DNA of 64,000 nt from Gammaproteobacteria bacterium (lineage in GTDB: Bacteria > Pseudomonadota > Gammaproteobacteria > JAUZRS01): assembly GCA_030949385.1 (NCBI GenBank), contig JAUZSP010000006.1:64121-128120 (forward strand), given 5' to 3'. Shown piece by piece: positions 62,424-64,000 of the stretch (position 1 is the stretch's first letter; each line of letters opens with the position of its first letter). A program made the position numbers and the translations under genes. The notes beneath the pieces were generated by a model. It was not told the DNA's origin, searched no databases, and saw only the letters and a list, made by a program, of their open reading frames with translations.

Positions 62424-64000
62424 ATGGCGTGGATAAAAAATGTCTCGGTGAAATACAAGATTTGGTTCAGTTTCATTTTGGTGCTGCTCGGCTTGGTGTG
62501 GCAAGGGGTCAATTCGGTCAATAGCCTGTCTACGGTGCAGTCCAGCATCAATGTGGTGGTGGAGGAGCTGCAACCGACAATGGTGCTTTCGATGCGTTTG
62601 GAGTACCAATTGCAAGCGGCGGTCAGCTCTTTGGCGTTGTACCTACTGAGCAAAGAAGAGATCCATAAAACCGAGTATCAAAATCGTCTGCACGAGCTGG
62701 ATATGACCCTTAATACAATCAACAGTCTGGCCATTGAGAGCGGTAATCTGCAAGAGCAGCGTTTTTTAGAGGAATTGGGTGAAAGCCTCAAAACCTTTAA
62801 GAGTTATAAAGAAGGCATGTTGGCGTTGGCGGAGGACGAAGCCAGCAACATCAGTGCGATGGTGTACGCCAGTGAACACATCAATTCTCGGGTGAAAGAG
62901 ATCAGCAACATTCTCAATCAGATGGTGCGCTCTGAAGATGAAGAAGAGGCCAGTGAAGAGCGCAAACAGCTGCTTTTGGATGTCAGCGAATTACGTTACG
63001 CTTGGTCGAATGTGGTCAATGAAATCCGTCTGTTTCTGGCTTTTCGCACTCAAATTGCGTTGGATAATTTGACGCTCTACTCACAGCAAGTGGAGAACAT
63101 GCTCAGTAAAGTGGCGCAATACGGTGATGCGTTGACGTTTGATCAAGTGGACGGTTTGACCGAGTTACAACCCATTTTGCACGATTTTGCTCAACATTGG
63201 GCTATTTTGACCGAGATTCACGGCAGTGATCGCTGGCGACGTGATGCCTATTTGATCAAAACCGAAATTACACCCTTGATTACAAAAATAAAACGCAATT
63301 TAAATAGGCATTTGGGCAAACAGCGACACGCCATGCGTTTGGCCAATCGAGGCGTGAATACCCTCTATCGCAGTGAACGTCAGCACTATATTTTTATTAC
63401 CTTTATCGCTTTGTTTTTGGTGGCGTTGTTGGCTTGGTGGCTGTCGCGTAACATCACCAAACCCTTGGCCGAAGCGGTTATTTTTACCCAAAAAATTGCG
63501 GCGGGTAAGCTGGATAACAAAACCAAATACCGTTCTAAAGATGAGATGGGGCAGTTGTTAAGCGCTTTGGCACAAATGCAGCGTCAGCTCTCTGAGCGTA
63601 TTCAAAGCGAAGCTAAAATTTCTGCCATCAATGCTCGGGTGAAAACGGCGCTGGACAGCGTCAGTGCTAATGTGATGATGGCCGATGGCAAGAACAACAT
63701 TATCTACATCAACGATTCTGCCCGTCGCATGTTTCAGCAAGCAGCAGAAGAGATTAGGCAACATCTGCCTGAATTTGATATTGAGTCGGCACTGAGTTTG
63801 AATTTAGTCGAACTGTTTCCCGACTCAAACGACTTGCACAGCACCTTAAATGACCTCAAGCAGCAGAAAAAATACGAGCTGTTATTGGGGCAATGTACTT
63901 TGAACTTTATTGCCAACCCGGTTTTTGATGAGCACGGTAAACGAGTGGGAACGGTGCTTGAGTGGCAAAATCGTACTCTGGAGATCAGCATTGAGAAGGA
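62424..64000 (+). CDS. Probable chemoreceptor (TM-periplasmic-TM-HAMP-PAS), runs off the window; absent from the ORF track
   Basis: Frame from ATG 62424 (MAWIKNVSVKYKIW); HAMP DEMGQL; Aer2-like ALDSVSANVMMAD...IIYIN PAS. Confidence 0.85.
   Translation, partial: MAWIKNVSVKYKIWFSFILVLLGLVWQGVNSVNSLSTVQSSINVVVEELQPTMVLSMRLEYQLQAAVSSLALYLLSKEEIHKTEYQNRLHELDMTLNTINSLAIESGNLQEQRFLEELGESLKTFKSYKEGMLALAEDEASNISAMVYASEHINSRVKEISNILNQMVRSEDEEEASEERKQLLLDVSELRYAWSNVVNEIRLFLAFRTQIALDNLTLYSQQVENMLSKVAQYGDALTFDQVDGLTELQPILHDFAQHWAILTEIHGSDRWRRDAYLIKTEITPLITKIKRNLNRHLGKQRHAMRLANRGVNTLYRSERQHYIFITFIALFLVALLAWWLSRNITKPLAEAVIFTQKIAAGKLDNKTKYRSKDEMGQLLSALAQMQRQLSERIQSEAKISAINARVKTALDSVSANVMMADGKNNIIYINDSARRMFQQAAEEIRQHLPEFDIESALSLNLVELFPDSNDLHSTLNDLKQQKKYELLLGQCTLNFIANPVFDEHGKRVGTVLEWQNRTLEISIEK

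Overview
Gammaproteobacterial chromosome segment (~50% GC, strongly G/T-skewed + strand, so probably the leading strand). YeeE-type transporter and CysZ hint at sulfur metabolism; I cannot assign a taxon. Core genes dominate: tRNA-Val, yajQ, aminotransferase, moaB/moeA, pgi, glgA, queC, and the suhB-trmJ-cysE-iscRSUA-hscBA-fdx-iscX-ndk-rlmN-pilW-rodZ-hisS-yfgM-bamB-der block, then a CHASE-GGDEF-EAL protein and a truncated chemoreceptor. The accessory part is (i) a 7.6-kb capsid-less satellite-like element in tRNA-Lys (53-bp att repeats, integrase, Xis/AlpA-like gene, c4-type antisense switch, TOPRIM-DUF927 primase-helicase, BrnTA), (ii) an intact IS with a 6-bp target duplication, (iii) an orphan tagF-PP2C pair and (iv) a mosaic type I R-M locus. 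The most unusual structure is a pair of ~241-bp iteron-bearing inverted repeats bracketing the element's replication module. They would lie almost diametrically opposite on the excised circle, and a cos-like site follows the right copy. Other candidates are a membrane-anchored pseudokinase and an uncharacterised coiled-coil gene pair. Eleven single-base frameshifts, ten of them insertions and some in housekeeping genes, point to consensus errors rather than real pseudogenes. All counts and alignments were done by eye; no database was searched.
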